The notes under the pieces were generated by a model. The model saw nothing but the letters and a program-made list of their open reading frames with translations. It was not told the origin of the DNA and did no database searches. DNA of 64,000 nucleotides from Pirellulales bacterium (GTDB lineage: Bacteria > Planctomycetota > Planctomycetia > Pirellulales > JADZDJ01): contig JADZDJ010000177.1 of NCBI GenBank assembly GCA_020851115.1, forward strand, positions 1,214 through 65,213. Reading direction: 5' to 3'. The position numbers were made by a program, and so were the translations under genes. Below are positions 49,643 to 60,759 of the stretch, piece by piece; positions within the stretch are counted from its first letter, which is position 1, and each line of letters begins with the position of its first letter.

Positions 49643-50500
49643 GTGACCAATCACGCTCGTTTTTTCACAAGTTCCAGCAGCACACGTCGTCGTCGAGCTT
49701 TTTTTCTGCTCGCAGCCATCATTTGGATGGCGTTTGCTTCCCTCACGCCTCCCGGGGAAATCTTCGCGCAAGATGTCGATCCCACTGCGCCCGAGCCTGC
49801 GGCAACGCCGGCGGCCCCCGCCAAGACCGACTCCGCGACGAAAGATGAAGGTGGCCAAAGCGTGCTGATGTTCATCTTCGAGTCGCTCGGCTGGCGATAC
49901 ACCATTGCCTTTCTGGCCATTTCCTTCACGCTGGTGGCACTATGCGTGATGAACATCCTGGGAGCTAAACGCGACAACATTATCCCTGTTGGCTTGGTGC
50001 AAAACTTTGAGCAGTACCTCAACGAAAAGCGTTACCAAGAAGCCTACGAGTTGACAAAGGCCGACGAATCGTTCCTCGGCCAGATGCTCTCGGCGGGCTT
50101 GGCGAAATTGTCGGCCGGTTATGCGCAGGCCATCGAAGCGATGCAGGAAGTGGGCGAAGATGAAACGATGAAAATCGAGCATCGTCTGAGCTATGTCGCG
50201 CTGTTGGCCTCGGTGGCTCCAATGGTCGGCTTGCTCGGCACGGTGGACGGCATGACGCTAGCCTTCATGAAAATCGCCCAATCGGGCGGCGGGTCGCCCG
50301 ACCCTGTGGCACTGGCCAAAGACATTTCCACGGCGCTTGTAACCACCGTCTTCGGACTGGTGCTTGCGATTCCTGCGCTTATTCTTTACGGCATTCTCAA
50401 GAATCGCTTTCAGCGTTTGACGCTCGAAGTCGGCATCATCGCCGAACAACTGATGAGTCGTTTCCAGAACGTCGGGCAAAAAAAACAAGCGGAATCGTAA
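49643..50500 (+). CDS. MotA/TolQ/ExbB proton-channel family protein
   Basis: APMVGLLGTVDGM..AF, ISTALVTT.FGL..AIPA; GTG start after AGGA. Confidence 0.9.
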   Translation: MTNHARFFTSSSSTRRRRAFFLLAAIIWMAFASLTPPGEIFAQDVDPTAPEPAATPAAPAKTDSATKDEGGQSVLMFIFESLGWRYTIAFLAISFTLVALCVMNILGAKRDNIIPVGLVQNFEQYLNEKRYQEAYELTKADESFLGQMLSAGLAKLSAGYAQAIEAMQEVGEDETMKIEHRLSYVALLASVAPMVGLLGTVDGMTLAFMKIAQSGGGSPDPVALAKDISTALVTTVFGLVLAIPALILYGILKNRFQRLTLEVGIIAEQLMSRFQNVGQKKQAES

Positions 50501-50656
50501 ACCCATCGGCGCAAAACGAATCGCAGGCAGCGCCGACTATATTCAGCCATCACTGTCCCCGTCCCTTGTTCAAAAGTGGAATTTGTCTATCGACCATTGT
50601 CGGGCCTTGCAACTCGTTTCCGCGGCGCGCATGCCTGCCGCGTTTCAATTCAAAAT

Positions 50657-51394
50657 ATGAAGAATCTGCTGGTTCAGTCGTCGGCAATGGGCATTCTGGG
50701 AGTGCTCATCATAACAGCGCCGCTCGTGGCCAACGATTCGTTGGCGCAGCCTACGCTTCGTGTACCCGCCTGCAACGATTTTGACATTACCGGCCGCGGC
50801 GATGCGGCCGCTTGGAAACAGGCCAACTGGACTGTGCTCAACCGTCGGTCGCCGAGCGCGCACGACTACGCAACCCGCTTCAAGATGCTGTACTCTCCGA
50901 CGGGTCTCTATGTGCTGTTCGACGGCACGGACCAGAAGCTGACCGCTGCGAAGTCGGCCGACTTCGACGAGCTGTGGAAAGAGGACGTCTTCGAATGCTT
51001 CTTTTGGCCCGATGAACGGCACACGGTCTACTTCGAGTACGAAATCTCCCCTTTGGGCTACGAGTTGCCGATCCTCGTGCCGAACCTCGACAAGAAATTT
51101 CGCGGATGGCGGCCTTGGCAATATGAAGGGAATCGCAAGATCAAGAAAGCCATCCACATCGACGGTGGCGAGCAGAAATCGGGCGCCGCGATTCAAGGCT
51201 GGTCCGCCGAAGTGTTCATCCCTTACGAGTTGCTGGCGCCTCTTTCAAGCGTGCCGCCAAAACCGGGATCGAAGTGGAGAGCCAACTTCTACCGCTGCGA
51301 CTACGACGGTGGCAAGCAATCGAGTTGGGATTGGTCTCGCGTGGGGGACAGATTTCACGAATTCGAGAAATTTGGCACTTTGATTTTTGAATAG
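50657..51394 (+). CDS. Carbohydrate-binding family 9-like protein
   Basis: LYVLFD, LWKEDVFECF, YFEYEISP.G, WSAEVFIP, WRANFYRCD, FHE..KFG. Confidence 0.8.
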   Translation: MKNLLVQSSAMGILGVLIITAPLVANDSLAQPTLRVPACNDFDITGRGDAAAWKQANWTVLNRRSPSAHDYATRFKMLYSPTGLYVLFDGTDQKLTAAKSADFDELWKEDVFECFFWPDERHTVYFEYEISPLGYELPILVPNLDKKFRGWRPWQYEGNRKIKKAIHIDGGEQKSGAAIQGWSAEVFIPYELLAPLSSVPPKPGSKWRANFYRCDYDGGKQSSWDWSRVGDRFHEFEKFGTLIFE

Positions 51395-51597
51395 TTTCAA
51401 GAAATGAACCGCGAATTGACGTTGATCAACGCCTGCGACGCATTCGACGCCTCATTCGCGTCATCGTGCGAACATCCGCGGTCAAAGCCCGATTTGCTTC
51501 TCCTTGCAACGCAGGCCCCGATCCGCGAAAATCGGTATCCTCCGCAGTTCCTTGTGACATTACTATCCCCGTGTTATTTCACTTTGTCGAGCCTCTG

Positions 51598-52710
51598 ATG
51601 AATCTGAATCGCCTCCGACTGTCCGTTGCTGTCATCGTTTGTTCGCTGTGCGCCTTGCCGCTCTCTGCTGAAGACGACATCAAAGACCTCAAGCTGAAGG
51701 ATTGGAAGCCCACATCGATGCTCAAGGCCAAGGTCTCGCGCATTCACCGGCCCGCCTTTCCGGTAATCGATGTCCATAATCATCTGGGGGGCGGGAAGAA
51801 AAAGTTAACTCCCGAACAGGTACAGAAGTATCTCAACGCCCTCGACGAAGCCGGCGTGCAAACCGTCGTCGATCTTGACGGCATGTGGGACGACACGCTC
51901 AAAGAGACGCTGGCGGCACTCGATGAGGCTCATCCTGGCCGGTTCCTCACCTTTGCACAAATCAATTTCAACGGCATCGACAACGACGATTGGTCGCAGC
52001 GCGAAACCAAGCGGCTCAAGGCCAGCTTTGCCGCTGGCGCCAAAGGTCTGAAATTTCACAAGAGTCTTGGGTTAACGATTCGCTATCAGGACGGCCGCCT
52101 GATGCCGGTCGACGACCCCAAACTCGACCCCATTTGGAAACTGTGCGGCGAAATGCATAAGCCGATTATGATCCATGTGGCCGACCCGGCCGCGTTTTTC
52201 ACGCCTCTCGACCAATACAATGAGCGTTGGCACGAACTCAATTCACATCCCGATTGGCTGTTTTACGGCGACAAATTTCCTTCGCGCGACGAGATTCTGG
52301 CCCAACGCAACCGCGCGATCGCCAAGCACCCAGAAACCACGTTCATCGGCGCCCACGTCGGCAATAATTCCGAGGACTTGGCCACGGTCGGCAAGTGGCT
52401 CGATATGTATCCGAATTTTTACGTCGATATCGACGCAAGAATTTCCGAACTCGGCCGCCAGCCTTATACGGCCCGCAAATTCCTGATTAAGTACCAAGAC
52501 CGCGTGATGTTCGGAACCGACACGTCGCCGAATGTCGAAGCCTACCGCATTTATTACCGTTTTCTGGAGACCGACGACGAATACTTCGACTGTGCAGCCT
52601 CACACCACCTCCAAGGCTTTTGGATGATTTACGGCGTCGATTTGCCCAAAGAAGTGCTGGAGAAAATCTATCGCACGAACGCGATCAAAGTGCTGGGGCT
52701 TAAATCGTAG
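51598..52710 (+). CDS. Amidohydrolase_2 family protein, exported
   Basis: VIDVHNH, GAKGLK, IHVADP, IGAHVG, YQDRVMFGTD. Confidence 0.88.
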   Translation: MNLNRLRLSVAVIVCSLCALPLSAEDDIKDLKLKDWKPTSMLKAKVSRIHRPAFPVIDVHNHLGGGKKKLTPEQVQKYLNALDEAGVQTVVDLDGMWDDTLKETLAALDEAHPGRFLTFAQINFNGIDNDDWSQRETKRLKASFAAGAKGLKFHKSLGLTIRYQDGRLMPVDDPKLDPIWKLCGEMHKPIMIHVADPAAFFTPLDQYNERWHELNSHPDWLFYGDKFPSRDEILAQRNRAIAKHPETTFIGAHVGNNSEDLATVGKWLDMYPNFYVDIDARISELGRQPYTARKFLIKYQDRVMFGTDTSPNVEAYRIYYRFLETDDEYFDCAASHHLQGFWMIYGVDLPKEVLEKIYRTNAIKVLGLKS

Positions 52711-52758
52711 CGATCGGTCGCCGCGCCGTCGACTTTCGCGCCGGCCGCCAGCGAGTTC

Positions 52759-53709
52759 TCATTGCTTCACCTGCGCCGGCGTTGGGTCGACATTTTTCTT
52801 CTCGAATTCCTTCAAATCGACCCGGAACTGGCGGACGTCTTCTTCATACTTCGTCGGCAGCTTTGAACTCAGCGTCGCAGCGCCGTTAAACCAACCGTAC
52901 GGCTCGTCAAAGATAAAGTGATATTCGATGAACACGCGCGGCATTTTTTGGTCTTTCAGCTCGGTCACTTTCATATAGCCTCCAGCGCCTTCGTAGGGTT
53001 CAGCGCTGCCTCGCACGACGCCGCCGGCGTCATTTCGGCTGAGCGATCGCCATTGATTGGGATACTTCGGATCGTTGGCGAATTTTGGATCGAGCTTAAA
53101 CGCCACAAGCACGCTTTCTTTTTCGGTGGTTTGCATGCCGTAACCGCTGCCCGAAACCTCAACCATCCCGAACAGATCGGGCATGACAAAGTGGGCATAA
53201 CGCGCTTTCCGGTCTTTGTCGTTGACGACTTTCAAGCCGCGTTGAGTTAACTCATCCTCGCTGTAGAATTCCGCTTTGCCGCGCTTGGGGTCTTGGTCTT
53301 CCTTGTTGACTTGCTGCTTGGTGAATTTTTCGCTAGCCACGGTGCTGAGTTTTCCTTGGGCGACAAAATAGAGATCGACGTGCCTGCCGATCGACGCTTT
53401 CGGATCACTGTTGGCTTTGCGGATGTCGGTAAGCCGATATTGAAACGGATCGGTCTTGCTGCCGCCCATAAAGCCCAATTTGATCTTTCCTGGCACGACG
53501 ACCTTCGCGATGGCGGCTTGCTGCTCCTCGGCGGATAGGCCGTCGGCGAGCGCCGGTTCGGGCAAGGTGGGCGATTCGCCATTGGTCAGTGGCACTCCCT
53601 TGTCGCGCAGTTCCTTGAACACGGTGTTCTCGGCTGCCTGCGTCGAACACGCCATCAGCGCGACAAGCAACAGAAAATCAGCCTGTTTTGCGACGATCCG
53701 CACGTCCAT
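52759..53709 (-). CDS. Hypothetical exported planctomycete protein
   Basis: Signal peptide; PNQWR, GGYMKVT, EP.GWFNG...SKL motifs. Confidence 0.7.
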   Translation of the reverse strand: MDVRIVAKQADFLLLVALMACSTQAAENTVFKELRDKGVPLTNGESPTLPEPALADGLSAEEQQAAIAKVVVPGKIKLGFMGGSKTDPFQYRLTDIRKANSDPKASIGRHVDLYFVAQGKLSTVASEKFTKQQVNKEDQDPKRGKAEFYSEDELTQRGLKVVNDKDRKARYAHFVMPDLFGMVEVSGSGYGMQTTEKESVLVAFKLDPKFANDPKYPNQWRSLSRNDAGGVVRGSAEPYEGAGGYMKVTELKDQKMPRVFIEYHFIFDEPYGWFNGAATLSSKLPTKYEEDVRQFRVDLKEFEKKNVDPTPAQVKQ

Positions 53710-54046
53710 CGCTATGCTCCAATCGGTCACAAGGGTAATGTCGAAAATACACCCATAATAGCAGATGAATTTGGATGATTCCGATCAAAGTCGATCGTGG
53801 GCATCGTTAATTTGACGGCTGAGCTATCTCGGCAGGCTTCCGCTTCGTTCGTCTGAGCGAATCTAGATTCATCTGCGTTTCCTGGGTTCTCTCGTGAAAG
53901 CGTATACAATCAGTTTACGGACCTGGAAGTCCCGCGAAAAGGCGAAAAAGGTGTCAGGCCAATGATGCATTCGCGCGTGAATATCCGTTGATCCACAAAA
54001 TCCGGAGATCTTTTTTCTGATGTGGCTGACGGTGGGAATAGATCGC

Positions 54047-56593
54047 CTACCGGCGGTTCATATCGCGCTTCAACCCCGACCTCGTCGCTTCGACCGCCAG
54101 AGGATCCTCGGGCCAAGCGTGCTTCGGATACCGCCGCCGCAACTCCTTTTTTACTTCTGGGTAGGTGTGCCGCCAAAAGCTCTCCAAGTCGGCCGTCACC
54201 TGCTGCGGGCGATAATTCGGCCCCAACAAATGCAGCAGCACCGCGATGCGCCCGCCAGCCAGCCGCGGCGTTTCTTTCATGCCGAATAGCTCCTGAATCC
54301 GCACCGCCAGCGCTGGCGGCTTGCCAACGTCGTAGGTAAGCGCATGCCGATTGCCGTTGGGCAGAACCAGCGCTGCGGGGGCCAATCGATCGATCTCCGC
54401 GAGTCGCTGATAGCCGATGTGCGATTGCAACAGCGACAGCCAATCGGCCGCGCGAACTTCATCGAGCGACCGCAATCCACGACACAGCTCTGGTAACATC
54501 TGCTCGATCTGCGCTCGATCGAGCGCCGGCAAGCCCAAGTCCGGCATTGCCTCGGCCAACCAACGGACGCGCGAGAGAAATGATCCTGCGGCGCTCTCTG
54601 CATTCGGCAGCAGCCCTTCGAGCCGCTGCTTTACCTGCCCGGCCAATATTTCGGCCGCCGCATGGGCGTCGCCGATCGGCACCGGCGTTTCTTCGATGAG
54701 CAGGTCGGCCCAGTAGGTTCGCAATCGCGATTCGACCTGTCCGCGACTCGGATTGAAAAACTGCTCCTCACGTTGTTCGAGCATCGCTTCCGGCAGCCAC
54801 GCGCGCTCGACGGTAGAAGCCAACCTCACACGCGCCTCGCCGCCGGCGTCATTCAAGTCAATCGCCAGAAATAGCGGCTCGCCGCGCACGCGCGAATCGC
54901 GATCGAGCCGCACGCCGCGGCCGCCGACCATCAGCGCCCGATCTTGCGAACCGTCGCGCAGCTTCGCCAGTCGATCGGGAAACGCGTCGAGCAGCGCCCG
55001 CCGCAGAGCAATCTCCAAATCCTCGGCCCGCTGGGCACGAGGAAATTCGGCCAAATGAAACAATTGCTCGGCCGCGCGGAGCACATTTTTTGCGCCACTC
55101 GGATGAAGTTCCAAATCGGCGATTGGACGAGATGTGCCGGTATGAAATGCCTGCAAGGCAATAATCCGATCGACCACATCCGAACGCGTTCGCACGGCGC
55201 CATAATCCTTCGGCCCGCGCTGTTGAAACTGGGCTGACCGAAAGGGATCGCGTTCCGATAGCAATGCCGCCGCGATCGACGTTTCCCGCAGCACGCCGTG
55301 TTCCGCTCCGGCGAACAATAATCGGCCGAGGCGTGGATGCGCGGGTAGACGCGACAATTCTTTTCCTAGCGGCGTCACTTGGGCGCGCTCGTCGATCGCC
55401 GCCAGCAGCCGCAACAATTGCCGCGCGTTGGCCAGCGCCTCGGCCGGCGGCGGATCGAGCCAGGGAAAATCGTCGCGCTCCCCCAGCGTTAGCAGTTGCA
55501 ACAGCGCCTCAGCTAAATCGCCTCGCAAGGCTTCCGGCGTTTCCGCTGCCGGTCGTCCTTGGTGCGACGACTCATCCCACAGCCGCCAACAGATGCCCGG
55601 CTCCGTGCGTCCGGCACGTCCTGCTCGCTGCTCGGCGGAAGCTCGCGAAATTGGCACGAGTTCCAACCGTGGCAAACCGGTTGCCGACGATACGCGAAGC
55701 TGACGTGACTGCCCCGAATCGATGACCGCCGTAATGCCCTCGATCGTCAGCGAAGTCTCCGCCACATTCGTCGAGAGAATAATCTTCCGCCGACCAAGAT
55801 CGCGGAGCACTCGATCCTGCTGCTCCGGCGGCAGGTCGCCAAACAGCGGCAGCAACGCGCAATCCTCGCGCTCCGCCAGCGGCGAAAGCGCTTCCTGGCA
55901 TCGCAAAATCTCACCGACTCCCGGCAAGAAAACCAGCACATGCCCCGCTGTCGCGCGCAGCGCCTCGGCGACCGTCGCCGGCGTCAATTCATTCAATCCC
56001 CGCCGCTCGCCGCGACGTGTGTAGCGAACCTGTACGGGAAATACTTTTCCTTCGGCATGAATCACCGGGCAGTGGCCAAGCAATTTGGCCACGGGCTCAC
56101 TGGCTAGCGTGGCGCTCATCACCACCATTCGCAAATCGGGCCGTAGCGTTTGTCGAATTCGCAACAACAGGCCCAGCGCGAGATCCATCTCGATGGTCCG
56201 CTCGTGAAACTCATCGAGTACGACGCAACCAACGCCTTCCATCTCCACGTCGTCGAGCAACCGGCGTAGCAGAATGCCGGTCGTCACCACGAACATCCGG
56301 GTGTCAGGCCCAACGCACGAATCGAACCGCACCCGATACCCCACCTCGCCCCCGACAGCTCCGCCGCGCAGCTCCGCAATTCTTCGCGCCACCGCCCGCG
56401 CTGCGATCCGCCGCGGTTGCACCAATATCAAGTTCTGCTCGCGCGGCAAATCATCGAGCACCGCCGCAGGCACGAGCATCGTTTTTCCCGACCCCGGCGG
56501 CGCAGTGACAACGACGGCCCCGCCGCGCGATGCCACGACAACCTCCGGCAGCACGCTTGCGACGGGCAAGTTCGATAACTGGGGGTTGATCAT
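54047..56593 (-). CDS. hrpB: ATP-dependent RNA helicase HrpB
   Basis: APPGSGKT, QPRRIAAR, DEFHER, MSATL, TNVAETSLTI, QRAGRAGR; C-terminal QVT.DL.SFW..TYPEV.KEL..RYPKH.WP. Confidence 0.96.
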   Translation of the reverse strand: MINPQLSNLPVASVLPEVVVASRGGAVVVTAPPGSGKTMLVPAAVLDDLPREQNLILVQPRRIAARAVARRIAELRGGAVGGEVGYRVRFDSCVGPDTRMFVVTTGILLRRLLDDVEMEGVGCVVLDEFHERTIEMDLALGLLLRIRQTLRPDLRMVVMSATLASEPVAKLLGHCPVIHAEGKVFPVQVRYTRRGERRGLNELTPATVAEALRATAGHVLVFLPGVGEILRCQEALSPLAEREDCALLPLFGDLPPEQQDRVLRDLGRRKIILSTNVAETSLTIEGITAVIDSGQSRQLRVSSATGLPRLELVPISRASAEQRAGRAGRTEPGICWRLWDESSHQGRPAAETPEALRGDLAEALLQLLTLGERDDFPWLDPPPAEALANARQLLRLLAAIDERAQVTPLGKELSRLPAHPRLGRLLFAGAEHGVLRETSIAAALLSERDPFRSAQFQQRGPKDYGAVRTRSDVVDRIIALQAFHTGTSRPIADLELHPSGAKNVLRAAEQLFHLAEFPRAQRAEDLEIALRRALLDAFPDRLAKLRDGSQDRALMVGGRGVRLDRDSRVRGEPLFLAIDLNDAGGEARVRLASTVERAWLPEAMLEQREEQFFNPSRGQVESRLRTYWADLLIEETPVPIGDAHAAAEILAGQVKQRLEGLLPNAESAAGSFLSRVRWLAEAMPDLGLPALDRAQIEQMLPELCRGLRSLDEVRAADWLSLLQSHIGYQRLAEIDRLAPAALVLPNGNRHALTYDVGKPPALAVRIQELFGMKETPRLAGGRIAVLLHLLGPNYRPQQVTADLESFWRHTYPEVKKELRRRYPKHAWPEDPLAVEATRSGLKRDMNRR

Positions 56594-56771
56594 ATGTCCC
56601 ACAGTCTACAGCGCATGGGATGATCGCGAAGAGATGACCGCGATCAGGGGGCGAAACCGCACACGGTCCAGCAACGCCTGACGCATTTCCGAGCCGCGCC
56701 ACTTGAGATCGTGTGGAGCCTATCTCAGCAGATTTGTCTTCGCCATCAATTCAGCGATTCGCAAGGCGATG

Positions 56772-58871
56772 CTATTTCGCCCCTACGAGTTGCTTCTTTT
56801 TCTCTTCGATGATTTCCTGTTGAATGCTGTTCGGCACTCGGCGATATTTGGCGAACTCCATCGTGAACGTTCCCTGGCCTTGCGTCATGCTCCGCAGGTC
56901 GGTCGAGTAGCCGAACGTCTCGGCCAGCGGCACTTCGCCCTCGATCACGGCCGTGTTGCCTTGAATTTCTGAAGACATAATCATGCCGCGGCGACTGGTG
57001 AGTTCGCCGGCCACAGCGCCTTGGAACGTGACGGGGACTTCGATTTCGACCTTCATCACCGGTTCGAGCAGCACGGGCTTGGTTTTTAGGAAGGTTTCGC
57101 GGAAGCAGTTTTGAGCGCAAATTTGGAACGCCATGTCGGAGCTATCGACTTCATGGTACGAGCCGTCCGACAGGGTTGCCTTGATGCCGACGATGGGGAA
57201 TCCAGCGATCGGGCCTTTGTTCAGCGAAGCGCGAAAGCCTTTTTCGACTGAGGGAATGTATTCCTTTGGAATGCGGCCTTGCACGACTTCGCTCACGAAC
57301 TCGAACGGCTCAGGAGCGTCTTCCGGCAGTGGTTCCAGCTTGCCCACAATATGGGCAAATTGGCCAGAGCCGCCGGTTTGCTTCTTGTGTTTGAAGTTGT
57401 ACTCGGCCACTTGCATGGGAGCTTCGCGATAGCTGACCTTCGGCGCGCCGACTTCCAATTCCACCTTGTATTCGCGGCGAATCCGCTCGACATAAATATC
57501 GAGATGCAACTCTCCCATGCCGGCGATGAGCGTTTCACCGGTCTCTTCGTCGCTCGTCACACGGAACGTGGGATCTTCACGGCCAAATCGCTGCAGCGCC
57601 TTCGACAGCTTATCTCCCGATTCGCGGTTCAACGATGTGACGGCCATCTTGATGACCGGCTCGGGCACGAACATACTTTCGAGCGTGCAAAATTTGTGCT
57701 CGGCCGCATAGGTATCGCCGCTGGCGGCGTCGACGCCGATGATGGCGACAATATCTCCCGCGCCGGCGCTATCGACTTCCTCGCGTTTGTCGGCGTGCAT
57801 CCGCACAATCCGGCTGAAACGCTGCTTTTGGCTGGTGCGCTGGTTGATCATTTGATCCCCCTTGTTCACCGTGCCTTGATAGATCCGCATGAAGGTCAAC
57901 TGGCCATAGGGATCGTCAACCAACTTGAATGCCATGCCGACGAACGGCTTGGTTGGATCGGCCTCCAGCGGAATTTTTTCTTCCGGGTTGTCCCACTTCT
58001 TCGACGAAATCTTTCGATCCAGCGGTGAAGACAAATATCGCACGACGGCATCGAGCAGCGGCTGCACACCCTTGTTCTTATAGGCCGAACCCATGAACAC
58101 AGGCGTCATGTCTTGATTCTGTACTGCGTCTTTCACGACGTAGTGGATCAGCTCCTCCGGCACCTCTGCCTCGCCGAGCAGCAGTTCCATCAGTTCGTCG
58201 TTGTACATCGCCAGCGCTTCGAGCATTAAATGGCGAAATTTCTGGGCCTCTTCGAGCATGTCGGCCGGAATTGCCTCGCGGCGGATTTTCTCGCCGTTGT
58301 TGCCGTCGAAATAGACCGCCTGCATCGCGATCAGGTCGATGATGCCTTGGAAATTATCTTCTTTGCCGATGGGCAGTTGCATCAAAACGGCATCGCACTC
58401 CATCTTCTCGCGCACTTGCTGCACAACGCGGTGCGGGTTCGATCCCGTACGGTCCATCTTGTTGATGAACGCCAATCGTGGCACATGATATCGCTTCATT
58501 TGCCGATCGACCGTCATCGACTGGCTTTGTACGCCGCCCACGGCGCATAGTACCAGCACCGCCCCGTCGAGCACGCGCAAGCTGCGTTCCACTTCGACCG
58601 TGAAATCGACGTGCCCCGGCGTATCGATGAGATTAATCTGATAGTCGTTGCCCTGGGCATCGTCCCAATGAACCGTCGTGGCGGCGCTGGTAATGGTGAT
58701 GCCGCGCTCGCGCTCCAGGTCCATATAGTCCATGGTCGCGCCCCCTTCGCCCTTCACTTCTTGAATGCGATGGATGCGCCCCGCATAGAATAAGATGCGC
58801 TCGCTGAGGGTGGTTTTCCCCGAGTCGATGTGGGCCGAGATGCCGATGTTTCGCAGATTCTTTAGTTCCAT
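56772..58871 (-). CDS. fusA: Elongation factor G (spdEFG1 / mtEFG1-like)
   Basis: [58 protein letters not shown]. Confidence 0.96.
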   Translation of the reverse strand: MELKNLRNIGISAHIDSGKTTLSERILFYAGRIHRIQEVKGEGGATMDYMDLERERGITITSAATTVHWDDAQGNDYQINLIDTPGHVDFTVEVERSLRVLDGAVLVLCAVGGVQSQSMTVDRQMKRYHVPRLAFINKMDRTGSNPHRVVQQVREKMECDAVLMQLPIGKEDNFQGIIDLIAMQAVYFDGNNGEKIRREAIPADMLEEAQKFRHLMLEALAMYNDELMELLLGEAEVPEELIHYVVKDAVQNQDMTPVFMGSAYKNKGVQPLLDAVVRYLSSPLDRKISSKKWDNPEEKIPLEADPTKPFVGMAFKLVDDPYGQLTFMRIYQGTVNKGDQMINQRTSQKQRFSRIVRMHADKREEVDSAGAGDIVAIIGVDAASGDTYAAEHKFCTLESMFVPEPVIKMAVTSLNRESGDKLSKALQRFGREDPTFRVTSDEETGETLIAGMGELHLDIYVERIRREYKVELEVGAPKVSYREAPMQVAEYNFKHKKQTGGSGQFAHIVGKLEPLPEDAPEPFEFVSEVVQGRIPKEYIPSVEKGFRASLNKGPIAGFPIVGIKATLSDGSYHEVDSSDMAFQICAQNCFRETFLKTKPVLLEPVMKVEIEVPVTFQGAVAGELTSRRGMIMSSEIQGNTAVIEGEVPLAETFGYSTDLRSMTQGQGTFTMEFAKYRRVPNSIQQEIIEEKKKQLVGAK

Positions 58872-59273
58872 AAAACGACCTCAGTTCAAGCCACTGTGCC
58901 AAGGGACAACCCTAGCACGCGGCGTACCAAAACCATACGCAGCCAAACAAATAACTTGTAAAATGGCAAGCGCCGGGAAAGTTGGGGCTTAGGCGCCGCC
59001 GGTCGCCAAGACCGCGATCGACATTGCGCCTTGTGCGAACGAGCAATGCGGCGAAGGCCGATCGACGAGAACCCCAAACTGCCACAGAGCATTCCGCCGC
59101 GGCTTGGCGCGTGGGGAGGGGACCGCTAATCCTTTATGGTACTCAGTTTTGGCCGCAGGGAAAGGGCAATTTAGCCCCCCCAAGTGCGATTTTGTATGAT
59201 TTTTTGTTTAGAAATTGGATAAATCGGGCTGGCTGCAGTAGCACCTACCGCAATCGGCCTTCGTAGAAAACGG

Positions 59274-60584
59274 TCAAGCGACGGATAATAATCGAACCAG
59301 CCGATCAAATTCTTCGCCGCGGCGGGTGTAATCACGGAATTGGTCGGTGCTGGCACAAGCGGGCGAAAGCAGGATGGCTTCGCCGGTTTGCGATTGTTGC
59401 CAGCACCAATCGAGGGCACCGGCAAGCGTTTGCAGGCGGAGACATCGGAAACCTTCGCTGCGTTTGAATAGGGCACATAGCCGATCGGCGACCGCGCCGA
59501 AAATCGCGACCCCTTGAACGCGCGAGGCGACTTCTCGTGCCAACGGCGCCAGGTCGATCTGCTTATCTGCTCCGCCAAGCAGGAGCCATGTGGGGCGGTC
59601 CATGGAATTGAGAGCGGCGATCGTTGAAGCGGGGGTCGTGGATTTCGAGTCATTGTAGAAATAGCGACCGGCGATTTCGGCGACGAAGGCCAGGCGATGT
59701 GGAAGGCCGGCGAACTTCGCTAGGACTGCGTCGGTCGACGCTTCGTTTGCGCCCCACTGCATCGCCATTTGAGCAGCCAAAGCAGCATTGATGCGATTAT
59801 GTTCTCCGGGTATCAACAGCGCTGGAATGCTCTCCAGCCGTCGCGGCACATGACCATCTGGAAAAATCTTGTGCCATGTGGCGACTTCGTTGTCGTGCGT
59901 ATTGAGCACGGAACAACCTTCGGATCGCAAATGGGTCAATAGCCGCTGCTTGGATGCGACATAATGTTCCCAAGTAGCGTGCCAATCCAAGTGATTTGGC
60001 GAGCAGTTGGTAATAACGGCGGCCAGCGGCCAATTCGCCGCTTCGCTGAGCCAGTGGAGCTGAAAGCTACTGATTTCTAGAACGACGATGTGCCCGGGTT
60101 GCATCATGTCGAGGTCGGACAGCAAGCTGTTGCCGATGTTGCCGCCAAGCCACACTTGATGTCCGGCACTCCGCAACATGGCGGCTAACATCGAGGAGGT
60201 CGTCGATTTGCCGACCGTGCCGGTGACGGCAATCACCGGGGCGGGGCAAGCGTCGAGGAATAATTCTGTTTCAGAAGTGATGGTCGCACCATGGCGTCGA
60301 GCCAGTGCCACCCATGGGCAGCCAGGCCGCACCGCAGGATTGACGACAACGGTATCGGCGGCACGAAAATCGTGTTCGTCGTGCCGGCCGAGCGTATATC
60401 GCTCGATTGCGACGTTGCGCAGTGAAGCCAGCGAATCGGCCAACCGCTCGGAATCGGCCAAATCGGTGACGGTCACAATTGCTCCTTGTCCGGCGCAATA
60501 TCGTGCCGCAGCCACGCCGCCACCGTGATGGCCGAGGCCGAGAATGGTCACTTTGCGTCCACGAAAGTTGACGTTGTTTTTCAT
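59274..60584 (-). CDS. murD: UDP-MurNAc-L-Ala:D-Glu ligase
   Basis: ILGLG..G, AVTGTVGKSTT, GGNIG, LEISSFQL, NHLDWH, GLPHRL, NDSKSTT, LLSPACAS.DQF. Confidence 0.93.
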   Translation of the reverse strand: MKNNVNFRGRKVTILGLGHHGGGVAAARYCAGQGAIVTVTDLADSERLADSLASLRNVAIERYTLGRHDEHDFRAADTVVVNPAVRPGCPWVALARRHGATITSETELFLDACPAPVIAVTGTVGKSTTSSMLAAMLRSAGHQVWLGGNIGNSLLSDLDMMQPGHIVVLEISSFQLHWLSEAANWPLAAVITNCSPNHLDWHATWEHYVASKQRLLTHLRSEGCSVLNTHDNEVATWHKIFPDGHVPRRLESIPALLIPGEHNRINAALAAQMAMQWGANEASTDAVLAKFAGLPHRLAFVAEIAGRYFYNDSKSTTPASTIAALNSMDRPTWLLLGGADKQIDLAPLAREVASRVQGVAIFGAVADRLCALFKRSEGFRCLRLQTLAGALDWCWQQSQTGEAILLSPACASTDQFRDYTRRGEEFDRLVRLLSVA

Positions 60585-60759
60585 GGCCATTCGAAAGTCA
60601 TCATGAGGCCTTGTCGGAGCAGACGATCGCTTTGAGAGGTTTCTCGGCGGCGGCTCGGCGGCTCGCAACTCCTGATATTCCCCATTCCGCATTCCCGATT
60701 GCCGTGAGTATCATAACAATTTGGTACATTCTGTCCGGAGCCGCCCAAGGGCGACTGCT

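Noticed and set aside
60724..60736. LexA box upstream of uvrA (GTACATTCTGTCC)
   Set aside because: Spacing is N5 and the second half-site is degenerate; too weak to count, and it slightly weakens the SOS interpretation of the other boxes.
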